NCBI GenBank assembly: GCA_013265495.1
Contig: MU058337.1
Span: forward strand, 4,754,716-4,818,715
Length of the DNA stretch: 64,000 nucleotides
From: Vicugna vicugna
Taxonomy: Eukaryota
Reading direction: 5' to 3'
Position 1 is the stretch's first letter. Each line of letters starts with the position of its first letter. The position numbers and the translations under genes are program-made. Below, in pieces: positions 38,290-52,575 of the stretch. The notes beneath the pieces were generated by a model. That model worked only from the letters and a program-made list of their open reading frames with translations, was not told the DNA's origin and ran no database searches.

Positions 38290-38495
38290 AAGTGAATAAA
38301 GGCCATCAGTTTTGTGTTCTAGGGCAAGTTACTACACTGTTCTACCTGAAGTTTTCCTACCTGTTAAATGTAGCAAGGACAGAATTTGCTATTATTGTGA
38401 ATTGTTATTAATGGAAATATTATGAGGATGAAATGAGCTAAGGGCTTAGCTCCATGCTTGCAGGTACTGGATGTTCAATGGAAGTTGGTTGTTAT
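38290..38495 (+). mobile_element. MIR SINE
   Basis: gggcaagttact...ttttcctacctgttaaatg...atgaggatgaaatgag...caatggaagttggttgttat. Confidence 0.65.
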
Positions 38496-39030
38496 CAGTT
38501 TCATCCTTATTGAAACTTCTTTGCAATTTCTGTGTAAGTCTGAGCTTAGCTCGTGGTATGATGGTGTTTTGGGTAAGTATAACTTGATAGTGGTGCTGAT
38601 GACTGGCTGCAGGGAGGGATGGAACCGGAAGGATCCTGAGTCTATCCTTGGGTCTACTGAAGATAAACGTGCTGTTTTACAGGGTGGACTGGTCGTCCCT
38701 GCTTGATGGCATATTATTTTGGGGGCGGGGCAGTGAGAGGAGGGGCATCACAGGGGTGGCAAACAACAGAGTGGTACAAGGGAGGATCCCTGAAGTAGGG
38801 AGTTGGAGAAGAGAGAATGAACCTCAGCCTCTGTCCCCGGTTTGCTGGACAGACAGAGTAGATGTCCCTGGACCCATATGATGCAGAAGGACCTTTGTGG
38901 AGCTCATCATCCTGCTTCCAAGATGGTCAGTGACTTCTGCATTATCCTATGGATGAGAAGGGGAGAAAGAGGGCACAACAGGGAGGTAAGGCCCTAAAGT
39001 GCTGCCTACTCAGGTAAAGGACCTCTGAGA

Positions 39031-39190
39031 CAGTTCTCCTCTGACTTGCCGTGCGTGTAGCCCACCTGGAGGCCTTGTTAGAACACAGGCTTTACCTGAG
39101 CAGGTCTGAGTGGGGTCGCTTATGTACATCTCCAGCAAGTTCCCAAGCGATGCTGATGCCGCCAATGTGAGGACCACATGAGTGGCCATG
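39031..39190 (-). mobile_element. MER5A hAT-Charlie MITE
   Basis: cacctggaggccttgttagaacacag...caagttcccaagcgatgctgatgc...ggaccaca is the reverse of MER5A. Confidence 0.8.
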
Positions 39191-42100
39191 CCTCAAAATA
39201 TTGATTTTTTTTGATAAAAGAAGCCAATCAGGTCTGGAAGGAGATACAAAAATGTTTTTATGCATAACCTGAGGCTTTTAGAGCCTTTAGGCAAAGAGCG
39301 TGGATTCAGTTAATAAGAAACAAAACCTTAGTAATGAGCCCACGGAGGATGGGAGTACCAGCATGCTGGGCATGTAAAGTCAGTCAGACTGCCTGAGTCC
39401 ACCTTAAGGTGAGCCTTCTGCTGCTGCTCTGTAAGGCTTGGGATCTAAAGCCACGTGGGTGTCTTACCCTGTGAGGACGGTGATGCTTCTCGGCTTCCAT
39501 ACCTATCGTTTTATTCCAGTGCAGAGAGATTTTTCAGCTCCTGAGCTGGGAGCCCATGATTTACCATCGGTATTTATTCTCTCGTGTAGTTGCTTTAGAG
39601 AGTTTAATCAGGGATCTTTACCTTTTCTTCCTGTCAATCTCTTGCTTTCACCCTCTCCTGCTCAGCAAACTTCATCAGATTTTTAGGGATGGCAAATAGA
39701 CCTTCAATGTCATCTCAGAAAAATTGACTTTTTGGAGAAATAATATTTTGCCAGGCAGATTTCACAGCGATTCCCCCTGTGATTTAGATCTTTCTCGGCA
39801 GCCCTTCCCCTCTCTCTGCTTTGGCAGGGCACTCGAGGAAGGACCTGCAGGCTTGGGAGCTGACCCGTGTCCCCAGCCCCTGAGGATGCTGCAGGAAGGA
39901 AGTCTGCGCTCTTAGAGATTTCACAGAGACAGCTTCTGGGATGAGCACTAGGTGGGGGTGGGGAAGTGGGAGGAGACCTGGATAAGAGTTAGCTTCTCGG
40001 CTACTGTGTGGCTCTCTAAATGTCAGTTACCTCATCTGTGATATGGGGTCCTAGTGCCTGTTTTACTTACGTGGAAGATTAGACAGATAACATGAGAAAT
40101 GATGAAAGTTTGTTACTGGAAGGTATACAAACTTACTATTATTAATATTTGTGTTACATCAGATTCCATCACTCACTGGCGTATCTGAAGTAGTTTACTG
40201 TTCAGCGGCCGAGCAGAGTTCCATGTGATCTTAACTGATCATCAAGGATGGTAGAATCACTGGCAAAGCAGTGGTCTTCTGCCCCTCAAGGTTTTCCCTG
40301 ATGAGAAACCTGGGTGATAGCTCTAATCCCCCGACTTTGCTGCCTTACAACAGATCAGCACAAGGTTTTCCCACTTTTGGTATCAAGGTAACAATAGTTC
40401 TCAACAAAGAGCATGCTCATTACCACTGCTTGTTGGACTATCCCAAGTATTTTGTCAGGCCTCAACCCAGCAGCCATCCAGAATGATAAGGAACCTACTT
40501 CTGTCCGCGTGAAATATCTTTGTGGCTTTTGGCAAGAAAACACCTTTCACTGCTATTTCTTCTTTCATTTTATTCTGGCTACTACTGGTTTAGAGTTCCT
40601 TTAAAATGGTTTAACTGGGAGCATTTAGGAAACAGCAAATTCTTATTATCTGTGCAAAATAAATCACTCATGCCCAGTATGTTCGATCAATTTTCAATAA
40701 GGTTTGTCTTTTGTCCCTTGAAAGGAGAGTCTGTACCAATAAGAATTTGGCAGCGACTTCCTTCTGTGGCAGGTTGTCTGTCACAAAGGAAACATTGGTA
40801 GAATGCAGACATTTACTACTTCTAGGAGGTGTATGTTGTATGCCTGATTTGTATTCATCTACCAATTTTTTCTACTCTCTGAAAATGCACTTTGCTTTAA
40901 AAGAAACACAAAGTGTGTTTGAGATTAAGAACTGGCCTGCTCTATTGCCTTTTAAAAACTGTCCATAATTCTTATGTGTGGCAGACAACTGAAAAAGACT
41001 TAAATTGTGAATCTGGGCTACATTCATTTTCGTCAGGTGTGTCCGTGATGTGTCTTTTTGCTTATTTTTACCTTCAGGTTTCTCTGCATTCAAAGGAAAA
41101 TGTACACTATCATCTTATATGATTATAGGGAAAGGACCAAATATAGTCCCATTTACCACTTTATCTATTTTATCATGTCCCCAAATAACCCTTTTCTGGA
41201 TAAAGGTCATTGCTAGAAGGCCAGAGGCAAAGTAGAAGGGACATAGAAGGTCACTTGCTACAGAAAAAAGGAGGCTGGGCAGAGTGACTTGGGGAAGTGA
41301 CTACCTTCTAAGCTGCAGCTTACTCATCTTTAAGACATAGATTGTATATCTTAAAGGGGCAAGGGGCAATCCCTGAGCACACAGACCTCAGGATCCAGCT
41401 CACCTCCTGTGTCCGACCTCCTCTTGTTTTAGTCATTTTTATTAACAGCTGCATTTTTAACATCTCCCACTTTCTGGGCAAATTCTTGCTTGTTTCATGG
41501 TTCAGTATCAAAATCTAATTAAGCTAATTACCAAGCACAGTGTATCTGTAGAAATATTTCAATAGAATGTAGCAAGAGTAAATCATTAATTGCTGGAAGT
41601 GCAGCCTATTTCTGAACTGTCACCTACTGCCTTAGCACAAAAGCATGAAAGGCATCTGTAAGCTACTGAAAAGAATGCACGCAGAATTCTGCAGCATTTG
41701 CTCAGGAAAAAACAAGAGATCTTTTCCTTTAAGAAACAAATCTTGGAAGAGTATCTTGGTGTTACATCTGGGTACATCAGCCACATTATCATGCCAAGTG
41801 TGAATATCCTGGGACATGCCTTTCTAGAAGTGGGCTATCAAATAGAGACAGCAAATCGGTGACAGACTGTCTGCTTGTTTTCTGCATAGAGACTCAGGGT
41901 GCACGAGGCGGAAAGGAGCTCTTCTTTGTTACTGGTTATGGTACACGGGGCTAGGCGGGTGGAGGGCTAAGGCAGTTGCAGCGAATGTGCAGAATTAGGG
42001 CAGGTTTGCTTGCAGAAGCACAGGCAACACTGGAGATGGGAGCCACTCCTCACCCCGAAGAGAGGGGAACACATGACTCTAAATGTGCATTTTGGGCTGC

Positions 42101-43289
42101 GCTGGGAGCAGCAGTGCATTCCAGTTAGTGGCCGCTCTCCCGGGCTCGGGCTCCAGTTCCGCAGTTTTCTTTTGGTTGACTGCTCGTTGTAATGAGCAGA
42201 AGCAGGGCCCTGGGCTCTCGGCTGGGACACAGACTTCAGTCAGCAGTGAGCTGTACACACAAGGCAGTTGTTATTCCCCCAGTGCCTCTGCTCTGGTCAC
42301 ACTGCGTGGCTTCCAGCGCTCCTGAGAGTTTTATTTGACAGATGGGCTCTAGGACAAAGCAGTTCTCCTGTGAAGGAGGCCAGGTGGGTAATTGGACAAG
42401 GGGAAGATGGCAAAGCCTTTCAATCATTTTACATCCCACAGGGCGTTTTTGATGTCAACAGTTTGGCCTTCAGCTCCAAAGTTACTTTTGTACCTCTGAG
42501 TACTGATGGGTTGGTCTGAGATGGCAGGTTCTTAACAATGTGCATCATAAAGAATACAGCCAAGTGTCAGCACTTCTGTTTTGCTGCTCACTAGCCAGGG
42601 ACACGATGAATCTATCTGAGTTTTCACTATGATCAGTGGACAAAGGAATTCATTAAGTCCACCATAAGTTTGTCTAGAAGCACATTGGAAAACTATTCAT
42701 CCTAGATAGACTCGTCAAGAGATAGTAGATTTCTGATCTTGGCTCTGACCATCTAGGGAAATTGCTCTATGTGGAATCTTTCTGCTCTAAAAGCCTTAGC
42801 CATTTTAGAACAGGCGGCACATGGCTGTATTTTAAAAGGAACATGCCAGCCATCTACAGATTTTACACAGTCAGAATCGCAAAGCAGCAAATGTTTGTCT
42901 TAGGCATTTAGCAGCAACTCTCCAGGATTTTGGAGTTCCACCTGGGATGCATCTTTTGAAGAGCACAGCTTTCTTGTTCAATCCCATAGTCAATGAAAAG
43001 ATTATACAAACAATCATTTTGCTTCTAGACCAGGGTTGATATGAGAACAGACTCCATGTAATCAAATGTAATTACCTATGAAAACAGGCAGGTGTAGGCA
43101 TGGGCAGTGGACAGAAATTAGTCCAGTTTAGCATGTATCTTGTTGATGATTTCTTAATTTTTCTTATTATTCAAACAAAGTCCTGGCTTATGCTTTGTCT
43201 GGTTTCCTCCCTTCCTGGCTGCCTAAGAAGTCTTCATTTCCTGGTTAGTTGTCTTTTGCACTCATCCTCTACTCGGAAAGAATGGTTCA

Positions 43290-43500
43290 GGCTTGGTAAG
43301 TGGCAGCTTGAAGTCCAGTAGCTGTGGGCTGGAATCCTGCCACTGACAGCTGGAAACCGCATGTTCTTGCAAAAGTCAGGTAGTTTCTCCGAGTCCCTCA
43401 GGGTCCTGAGATGTAAACCAGGGCAAATCACCTCCTTGCTTTGTTGTTCTAGGAGTCAATAAAATCACAGATGGAAACTTAGGTTTTTAAGAGACTGTGA
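43290..43500 (+). mobile_element. MIR SINE
   Basis: ggctggaatcctgccactgacagctg...ccctcagggtcctgagatgtaaa. Confidence 0.5.
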
Positions 43501-44577
43501 TCATTCTTCAATTTGGGTTTTGTTTGTTTGTTTTTGAATGAAAATTAATAGACAACAGGATGACAGGCAGAAATCAGGACCGTCCTTTGCAAGCCAGAAC
43601 ATTCATCACCATTTTTCAAGGAGGACTAATTTCCAGTTCGAATGTCTACATGAAGTGAGAGCTTCACCATTAGTTATCTTTGCTAACCACCTGGACAACG
43701 TTTAACCTGACCATCAGCACTTACAATTTTGTTTTTTTTCTCACTTGACTGTCCCTCCTCTTTAACTGTCATTCATTCCTGGTTTCACAGATATTTCTTG
43801 AGCTAACCTTTGCTAAAATACATCATTATTTCTACTTTACCCTTTGATATGTTTGACATGCTGCTTATACAAAGAGATATCCCAACTCTAACAATTCTGA
43901 ATAAGATTAAAAAAAAGACAGCATCCAATTTCTGCCAAAGAAGTAGATATGTATGCAGTTTGTACTCAGTTTGTATGTATCAGTACCCACACTAATAGAT
44001 TTCCAGAGTGAATACACGCATGTGTACTGACCATGTATATATGCACATGTGTGGTCTCCCTCAAATCAGCCTGCAGTTTTAGGGCCCCTCGCTTGGTGCT
44101 TTCATGCTGCCCCGTTACTCATAACACTTTTGATATATAACATCTTTGCTAAGATTTTGAAGTACTGTTATCATTCTTTTGCCTTTTTCTTCTCAAACTC
44201 CTTTCTGGTGTCCCGCTTAGGGCCCCTCAGGGCAACCAGACTGATGCTCATTCATTGTCAGGATCTAATGTAGTTATGCCGGGCATTTGCATATTGTGGT
44301 ATTTTATGCATCATCATTATTATTATGTATTACTATACTGATATTATTTATTGCCTATTAAACTGACATATATCAATTTAAAAACATGTCCATAGGTAGT
44401 TAATCATTTATTTTAGTGTCTTATCCCACCAAGAAAAACTCTTCATTCCAACTCAAGCTTTCAGGCTTTGGTCACGTGTAAAGACACATGGCGGGGGTTC
44501 TGTCCATGAGGAAGACCAAGGCGGGTGAGTTGTCCCCCAGTTCACTACATAAAGGAAATTGCCTCACCTGCCTGTTG

Positions 44578-44821
44578 CCAGCAGACCTCAGGGATGTTGC
44601 GGGTTTGGGTAAAGACCAGCGCAATAAAGTAAATATCACATGAATGTTACGGTCTCCCAGTGTGTATGAAGGTTATGTTTACACTGCTGTAGTCTGTTGT
44701 GTGTCCAACAGCCTTATGTCTAGAGAAACACTGTACACACCTTCATTAAAAACTAATGCCATTGGAAAAATGGCGCTGACAGACTTGCTTAATGCAGGGT
44801 GGCCACGAACCATCAATTTGT

Positions 44822-44852
<31 letters not shown>

Positions 44853-44907
44853 CTCAGTATCTACAAAGCACAATTAAGTGAAGGACAATAAAACGAGGTG
44901 AGGCTGT
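44578..44907 (-). mobile_element. Internally deleted Tigger1 derivative (TcMar MITE)
   Basis: Both Tigger1 ends are present (cagacctcagggatgttgcgggtt..gcaataaag and ggaaaaatggcgctgacagacttgct...caataaaacgaggt..gctg) with inverted termini, joined near 44760. Confidence 0.85.
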
Positions 44908-45397
44908 GTTGTCTCTCTTGGGCCCGCGGTGTGGCTGCACTCACAGAGCTGTCGCAGAGGCCGTGGCAGCTGTGGTTGCCCGTGGCCAGGAGAAGCACAC
45001 ATGCTCCTCGTGTGCAGAGTCAGAGTCTCTAGATGTGCAGTGTGTGTGACTGTCCTGCATGGGTTTTCTATGTCTCACATGACTATATTTGCATATAAAT
45101 GCAGTGTTTTTTCACTATTTTAAGAAATGTGCTGAATTTCCCAGGAATGAAACTATGAATCAGGGGAGATTGAAGTTTGTTTTGCTCAGCCCATTGTAAG
45201 GAGTTGCTCACCATCTTTGAAAGGGGCATCATCAAAGGCGATGCTGCCGGTGGCTTTTTGATCACCAGCGCGTCACCCTCGTGTCCGTCAGTATCCGTGG
45301 CTGTTGTATTTTTGATCATTTTACGTGTATGTATGAACCTGCTATTAGTCCTTATTTCAAATAAAAAAAAGAGATCATTTTCCCAATCTTCAGTAGA

Positions 45398-46086
45398 TGT
45401 AGCAGAGTCCAGTCAGGAGAGAGGAATGACCACAGTCGCTTGAACAGAGAGACTTTTAAGAATTCTTACTAAAAAGCTGTCAGCTGGTACCTTAAAAGGT
45501 TAAAAAGAAATGGCTAAGTTACCCTGGAAGTAGCAACTGCAGGAAGAAGCTACCACCACTAGGGCTGAAGGAAGAGAGGGAAAAATGTAGAAGCTTTACT
45601 TGAGGCAGGACCCTGTGAAGCTCAAACTCAGACCTCTGGGGGGAGGGCAGCTCGGCTGATGCCGGCATCTCTGAGCTCAGAGCAGGGGTGGAGAAGCTGG
45701 GATCCAGACCTCTGATGAAGGAATGATGGCTGGTTGGTGTCTGAGGGAAGTGGGGCCATGCGGCTGCGTCCCCAAGTGTGGACAGAACCACAAACTGTAT
45801 TCAGGTGCCACCAAGGACGGGATCTGCAGTGATGAATCATGGTGGGTGAGGCTAGCGGGAGCCATCAGCAGCCATGAGGCTCCCTCCCAGGCGGTAGATG
45901 GAAGGAGCAACTTTCTTCTTCCTCCTCCGACTTGGGAGTCTTGAGTGCCTCTCGTGGCAGATCCTAACCGGGAGAAACTTGGCAAAGCAGAAACGGGGTT
46001 TGGGGTCTCAGGCTCAGGATCACCAAGCAGAACTTGGGAGAGAGAAAGTTTGGAGCCGAGAGACAGTGAATTAACAACTGGTACAC
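45398..46086 (-). mobile_element. ERVL solo LTR (LTR41-like)
   Basis: The end ggcagatcctaaccgggag..ggcaaagcagaaa..atcaccaagcagaa..gtttggagccgagagaca..aacaactggtaca matches; it starts tgtagcagagtccagtcaggag. Confidence 0.65.
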
Positions 46087-46779
46087 TTGGCTATTGTCTC
46101 ACATCTCCTGACGCCAAACTGACTCATTGTAACCATGTCATCTAGTGTGGTTGTATATAGGCATTTGCATATGATAATACTTTGAATATATTGAAATATA
46201 AATACATATATACATATTGTAATACACATAAATAGAAGTATATATAATTGACGTATTTGTTTCCCATTATTCTTTTCCATTACAATCAATATTTTACATT
46301 GATTTAAATTATGTTTAGAGGGAATTAATCATTTCATGATAGGAAAGGAGACAAAAAGATGTCTATCTTTGTTATAAAAAGTGGGCATTGAGTCTCATAG
46401 TATTAAGACCTCCTGTCTTGGTTCAGATGGTATAATATCTATTTGGACTTTAGACTGTCAGCTTCTCACCCGGTCAGAGCGACAGGGTCATCTGATCTCA
46501 GCCACAAGGCTTGTGCATGAAAAGGACCTCATGTGCTTTTAGGTTCTGACTGCACTGCAGACACCGTCTCATAGTGCGCATCTCTTGATCTTTTTTTTCA
46601 GAATGGGCGTGCATTATTGGCATTGTGACTCTCAGCCGTCATTCTGGTTGTCCCCAGCTCCTTAGGGCTACTTCTAAAGTATGAAGTACTTTATGAAGGC
46701 ACACGTGGGGAGTGGCATCCTCCCCTTCTGCCGTCTCTGCCAGTGGCAGAATTCTGAGTGCCCACTGCAGTCAGGGCCT

Positions 46780-46965
46780 GGGCTTCTTATGAAAATTATA
46801 TTTAAAACCAGTGGTTACCAGCTGTTGATCATCCACAGCAACTGGGGACCCTGGTAGGAGTTACAAAGTGTATTTACCCACAACAATTTCTCAGTAGTGA
46901 ATATTGTCCCCATTTTATAGATGTGGTGATTGACTGCAGGGACTTTGGGACTTGCCTAAGACAAC
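46780..46965 (-). mobile_element. MIR SINE
   Basis: attgtccccattttatagatgtgg...gacttgcctaagac. Confidence 0.6.
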
Positions 46966-49189
46966 TGGCTCCATTCCTGTCTGGTTTCGGCAACTTATAA
47001 CTTCCTTCCACTCTGCTTCCCTGTATAAACACAGGACACAAATGTGTTATTTGTGAGGAGTGATTTTTTGCAAACAGTACAATTACTTGACGGATTACTT
47101 GACAGCAATTAGCTGAAAGATTCCATAAATTCATAACAGAAATGCCTGATACATATTGCAGTCTCAGTGAATATCTGTTGAGTATATTGATTAAAAATAT
47201 CTCTTGCAATGATAAAATTCAAGGTGGTCCATTTTGATCTTGAGTGCATCATCTCTCCAGTTTTTTATAAAAGGCCAGATGTGCAGAGTAAAGCTAATTA
47301 CCCAGCATTAGAAAATGATTTTTTAACAGGGTCTCCTGTCATTTAAGCTTCAGGCAAATGGAGTTTCACAACACAAGAGGGAAGGAGACAAGGTCCTAAG
47401 AATGACAGCTATTCCCAGAGAGGCTCCAAGTATAAAATCTTGGTCACAAAATAAAGAGAATAAAATGTACTTTTGTATCTATGCAATGCAGAAAAGAAAA
47501 GAATTACCTAGAAGATAAAGCCATTCATTAAAATGAACTGAAGCAATTATGTGATTGATAAATCACTATTTCAGCCACTCAGGAAATCAGATTGATCAAA
47601 ATTACCATCATTTTCTATTTCTATATCTTTTAAGCTTTGATGAAGCAGAATCATTCTTGAAGACTTGATATCATGGTGAGCATCTTGTTCACAGCCACCT
47701 CACCTAGTGCTGTGTTGTTATAGGGAGAGAGGACTTCTGTAACTGAATACCAAATGCAAACGTCCTTGAAAGTAAAGCTTGGGGAAAATCTTAGGCAGTA
47801 ACACTGACCAGAATCACACTCTTCTGCTGGCTGTTAAAATTAGCTAGCTGCTAAAAGTACTAGAGTCAGTTTTTGAAACATTTTATCCTGGAGTATTAGC
47901 GTTTCTTACAGTCATTGCAGGGCATGAAAGGAAGCACATCTTGCTGAAATATGTGCTTATTAAATATATAAGCAAATAATGAGATTTGCTTTCCTCTGTC
48001 CAAAATATCAGATATTAGGTTGAATGTCTGCCAGTGCCCTCTTCTGGATAAAATAAAATACATTTATACAGTTACCCACTTTTTTTTTTAAACAATGGGC
48101 TAAATAAACAGTGTTTCCTTTAGCTTTGAGAAGGGAAACGATTTATAATAGAACACAATTTGGTTTTGTTGTGAGCATAAAGGATACACTATACTCACTG
48201 TAGTCAAATTAATGTGAACAAAGGTTTAAAATATATTACCTTGGTACTTAATGAGCTTTCCCTGCAGTCTTGAAAACTTCACTCTAAAATTAAGATCGTA
48301 TTCTGAGTTCTGTATCTGTTAGGTAGATAAACAGATTTTACCAACATTTTCGATAGTTAGAGTTGAAACAAAAGAGGTTTGACCATTAGCCTTTTAAGAA
48401 GGGACAGTCTTTGACATTATTCTAAGTTGGGTCCAAATTCTGGTTAGAGCTTCAGTTTCTTAAGCTGAAACTGTAAATCAAAAAATATGTTTACTTTATT
48501 TGGTAATTGTGAAAATTAAATGAACTTATGCATGATCCTGACCCTTGTATTTTCTACAATATCTGCTTAGAGTTTTATGGCATAAACAAGTACTCTTTTA
48601 TATAAATTGTCCAAATTTGAAAAAAATTTTAATTAAGATATGTATTTCTAAATATTAGATGTTAGAATTTCAAATCTATACTTTTTCCAATGAAATCGTA
48701 TTTATATCTTCTAATTGTGTGTATCAAATACCTTATGGGCTGACTGATTTCTTAAGAAGGAAATATTACAGTAAAGTCTGTTTACCAAAGCTTGAAAATA
48801 TGCAGTATTTATGACCTAAATATTACTTCATACTTTGAGGTATAAAAGAACACTTCATTTGATGTATTTAATTTCATCAAATTTCTAAGTTATGCAAGTT
48901 GTACATTTTAATAGAACTTTGTTTTTGAATCCATGGTACATCTATATGCCACACTTTATGATCCATTTTAATTAATATGAAATAAAGAATTCTCTCAGAT
49001 TATCGAATTTACCATTTTGTTGTTTCTTTTAACTTGGCAGTAATTGGAGCCTTTATCAAAATTTAGTTTTTCTAAAACTCGTCAAAGTATCAGGAGAAAC
49101 TTAGTCTCTAGTCTAGCTCACTTCAGGCTGATAGTTGAGTCAAGCTGTTATTACATATATGAATTATATAACTTATGTTAGCTGTGTGT

Positions 49190-49925
49190 TTTGGAGAAAT
49201 GACCCCAGACAAGACTGGAAAACTAACCCACTTACTAAAATATGACTTTGGGCACATGACCCATTCCCTCTGTGCCTTAGTTCCTTTGTATGTAAAATGG
49301 GAATAATAGTTTCAGATTTCTAAGTTAGACATGAGTACTGATGAGCAATCTAATACAAAGTAAGTGCACAGTGTAAGTTATTTCTCCATTTTATTTTTAT
49401 ACACATATGGGAAAGTAGAAAAGCCATGGGCTTTGGAATCAAACATCTGTATAAATATCACCTTCTATGCTTGTTTCTGAAATTTACATTTCTATCTGTA
49501 AGAACGTTGTCGTGAGTATTACATGAGTTCTGTGCAAAACGCTTAGTGTGTGTGGTGTCTGGTGCAGAAAACGTGCAGAGCAGGTCAAAAATGACAACTT
49601 CTAGTACCATTTTTGCATACCGCCTACTTTGTGCCAGACCCCGTGTTCAGAGTTACAGTCTCTGATTCTCACTATGTCCAAGCAAGGTAGTCCTGAGAAA
49701 ACTGACCTCAGGCCACACTGCTGAGAAGCCCTTAAACTGCATTAGTTCTTCCCTTCTCTCCTTTCATCCTTCTGACGTTTCACCTACTGAAGGCAGCATG
49801 CTATTTCCATCCTTGTTTTTTTGTTGTTGGTTTTTAATTTTCTTGAGAAAGTCGCATTCTCGTGTGTAAAATGAAGAGAACTGATGAAATAAGGTCTGAG
49901 GTACCTCTCAGCTCTGAGTCTGTAT
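49190..49925. mobile_element. Cluster of MIR fragments
   Basis: tgactttgggcac..ctctgtgccttagttcctttgtatgtaaaatggg, gggctttggaatcaaac and ctcgtgtgtaaaatgaag. Confidence 0.65.
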
Positions 49926-51759
49926 TTAACTTGAATTGAAATTAACTAGCAAATTGCATTTAGAGTTGAGATCAAGCGCAGCCCATGAAAATCAGGTTTA
50001 AGAAAGCATTGCCTTGGCTTTTTACCCGAGACTCGTCATTTAGCACAACTCCATATTCAGAGCCCTTCTAACTACTGATTAATCCCTACATGGGTTTTCA
50101 AAACAGTAGCTTGTCCTTTTGCCTGCTTCAGGGACCTTGGGTAGTGAACATATACTGAACAACAGTTTATGTTTAGCTGCAATTTAGTGGAGCTGGGACA
50201 ATATTAGAGGCTTGACTTTCAAGGCAGCTACTAAAACAAAATTGCAGGAGTAGAAATTCAAGATGCTTTCTTATCTCTTTTTCACCTTGTCTTCAGCTTT
50301 TCCTTTGTACATGAGGTAGAGTGATTTTCCTCCAGTATTTTCAACTTATATCTACCTTCAGGGTCAGTTGAGGAACTTCTGTTTTAGCACATCTGACCTT
50401 TCAATACCAAAGAAAAAATAGGGTGATTGATTTTACTGCATATGTCTCTGGATACTCAAGCTTCTCATCCTACCAGAGGACATTCATTCTCACCTTAATC
50501 AAAATAAACTGCTAACTCCCCAAGATTGCATATTGTCAGAGAAACTTGTGAACTCAGTTTTATTGTTCTGGATATCAAATCAGGAAATTGCCTAAGTCTT
50601 CCACTCCTAAATATTGTCATAATCACTGTCTATTCCATCAGATTTCTTCTCTTAATAATTAATCAGAAAGTGGAGTGACATCACCCTCACTGTTTCCGAC
50701 AGAAACAGTAAAGCAGTTTAGAAAAATTACATAAATTTGTAAGTTGCAAAACTTTGATCAGATGGTTTCTCCAACACTTACCTGTTGAAGGATCATGGGC
50801 AGGTGAACTTTCATTTAAGGGTTATTTTCAGATTAAGTGAACTTGGATTAAGTACAGTGCTTGGCACATACAGGGAGGTTAATAAGTTGTTCTCCCTCAC
50901 CAGAACATACACACCACACCACATACACTCACACACACACACGCGCCCATACATATACACACATGGGGAGTGGAAGAAAAGAAAAAGAGATAGAAACTTA
51001 GTTTAATGAAAATATAGTTGAATTGAATTGATGTAAAAATACGTAGAGAGTACGTGACACAGAGCGTGCAAAAGAGGGAAGATGGGAAGGGTTAAGGCCA
51101 ATTATGCTGCTTTCTAACTCCCTCTGTTTAATTTTGCTTTGTTTCATGTTTGATCAGTGGTATTTCCTACAAGAATTTCAAGTACAGTAAAAGGGTAAAT
51201 GTTGGGAGTTTTGTGGGAACTTTCCACTTGAAGCATAAAGACCAGAAATTGTGATAGTAGAGGGCATTGGGGGTCAATATTAATGAGTGTTTTGGGGAGC
51301 CACTGCTGACAGTTTGACCCTTTGTGGTGACGACTGTCATAATCATTCCACTTAAACAGCACTTCATCTGGCTTGTTAATGAGAAAATTCACACCTGGGC
51401 GAGGGGCCTCTTCTCCTTCAAAATGCATTTCTCTTGTGCTAATTCTGATTGGAGGTTGTCTAGGAAATGCATCTTCAAAGCCCTTCCTGTTGCCGTTTTT
51501 TATGTGATTGCCTCAGAGCTTCCTGCTTCCTTTGACTATGTATAACTCGTATTGTTATACTAATTTTTGCCTCTAAGTACGTATCAGAGCCAGCCTTAAT
51601 TTTATGCACTATCTTGAAATGATCAGCAAGTAATACAAGTCACTTTAATTACTAGTCTATACATTTTTTTCTCCCTGAATATCTTTTAGAAAATGAAAAG
51701 AAAGTATGTAACTAAGAATGCCTTGTTAATAGGAAAGTCAAATGGAATAAAGAAAAAAA

Positions 51760-52575
51760 TATTCATTTATTGATTTTTTTCTTCAACAAACACTTAATGA
51801 CAACTAATTCTTGATGCTGGGGGTATATGGGTAAATCAAAACAGATCAGAACATCCTATCTACGTGGAGTTTATATTCTAGTGGAACAAGAATAATCACA
51901 ATAAATACGAAAAGTATAGAGTATGTTAAAGATGATGAATGCAAAGGAAAAAAGTGTAGCAGAGCAAGGAGTTGGGGTATGTGTAGAGATATGGCCATTT
52001 CTGACAGGATGAACCTCATTGGGAGGATGATATCTGAGTAAACATTTGGAGGTCATGAGGGAGTTTGCTTTGTGGGCAGGAGGATGAGCAAAGGTTTTAC
52101 GTTGGAGCATGAGTTATATGAAAAATGAGGCCAGTTACTGTAGTAGAGAGAGAGAGATAGGAGATGAGCTCTGAGAGGTGACAGAGACTAATCTCAGAGG
52201 AACTTTAAGGCCGTTAGAGGAACCGGCTTTTACCCTGACTGAAATGGAAAACTATTTCATCCATTTCATGGTTTTGAACAAAGGAATGACAATCTCCTTA
52301 GCTGTTAAAAGGCTGCAGGGTTGAGAGTAGACTAACGGAGAACAAGTTGGAAATAAGAAGCTTTTTTAGTAACCAGATGAAAGGTGATGGAAGCTTGGAC
52401 CAGAGTGATGGCAATGGGGGTGATGGCAAGTAGCCCTGATATATTTGAAGGCAGAGCAGGCAAAATTTGCTGATGAATTAGGTGTGGCATTGAGAGACAG
52501 AAAAGCATCAAGGATGAATCCAAGTTTCTTCAATAGATGGAAGGTTATTGGAACTGGATAAAGAAACCAAGTCAA
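51760..52575 (-). mobile_element. LINE-2 (L2a-like) 3' region
   Basis: ttcaacaaacacttaatga, tggagtttatattctagtgg, ggttttgaacaaaggaatgaca, gcttggaccagagtg and tcaaggatgaatccaagttt. Confidence 0.85.

Noticed and set aside
41660..41862. Open frame reading ...RRILQHLLRKKQEIFSFKKQILEEYLG...
   Set aside because: No start codon or acceptor defines it, and its length is compatible with chance.
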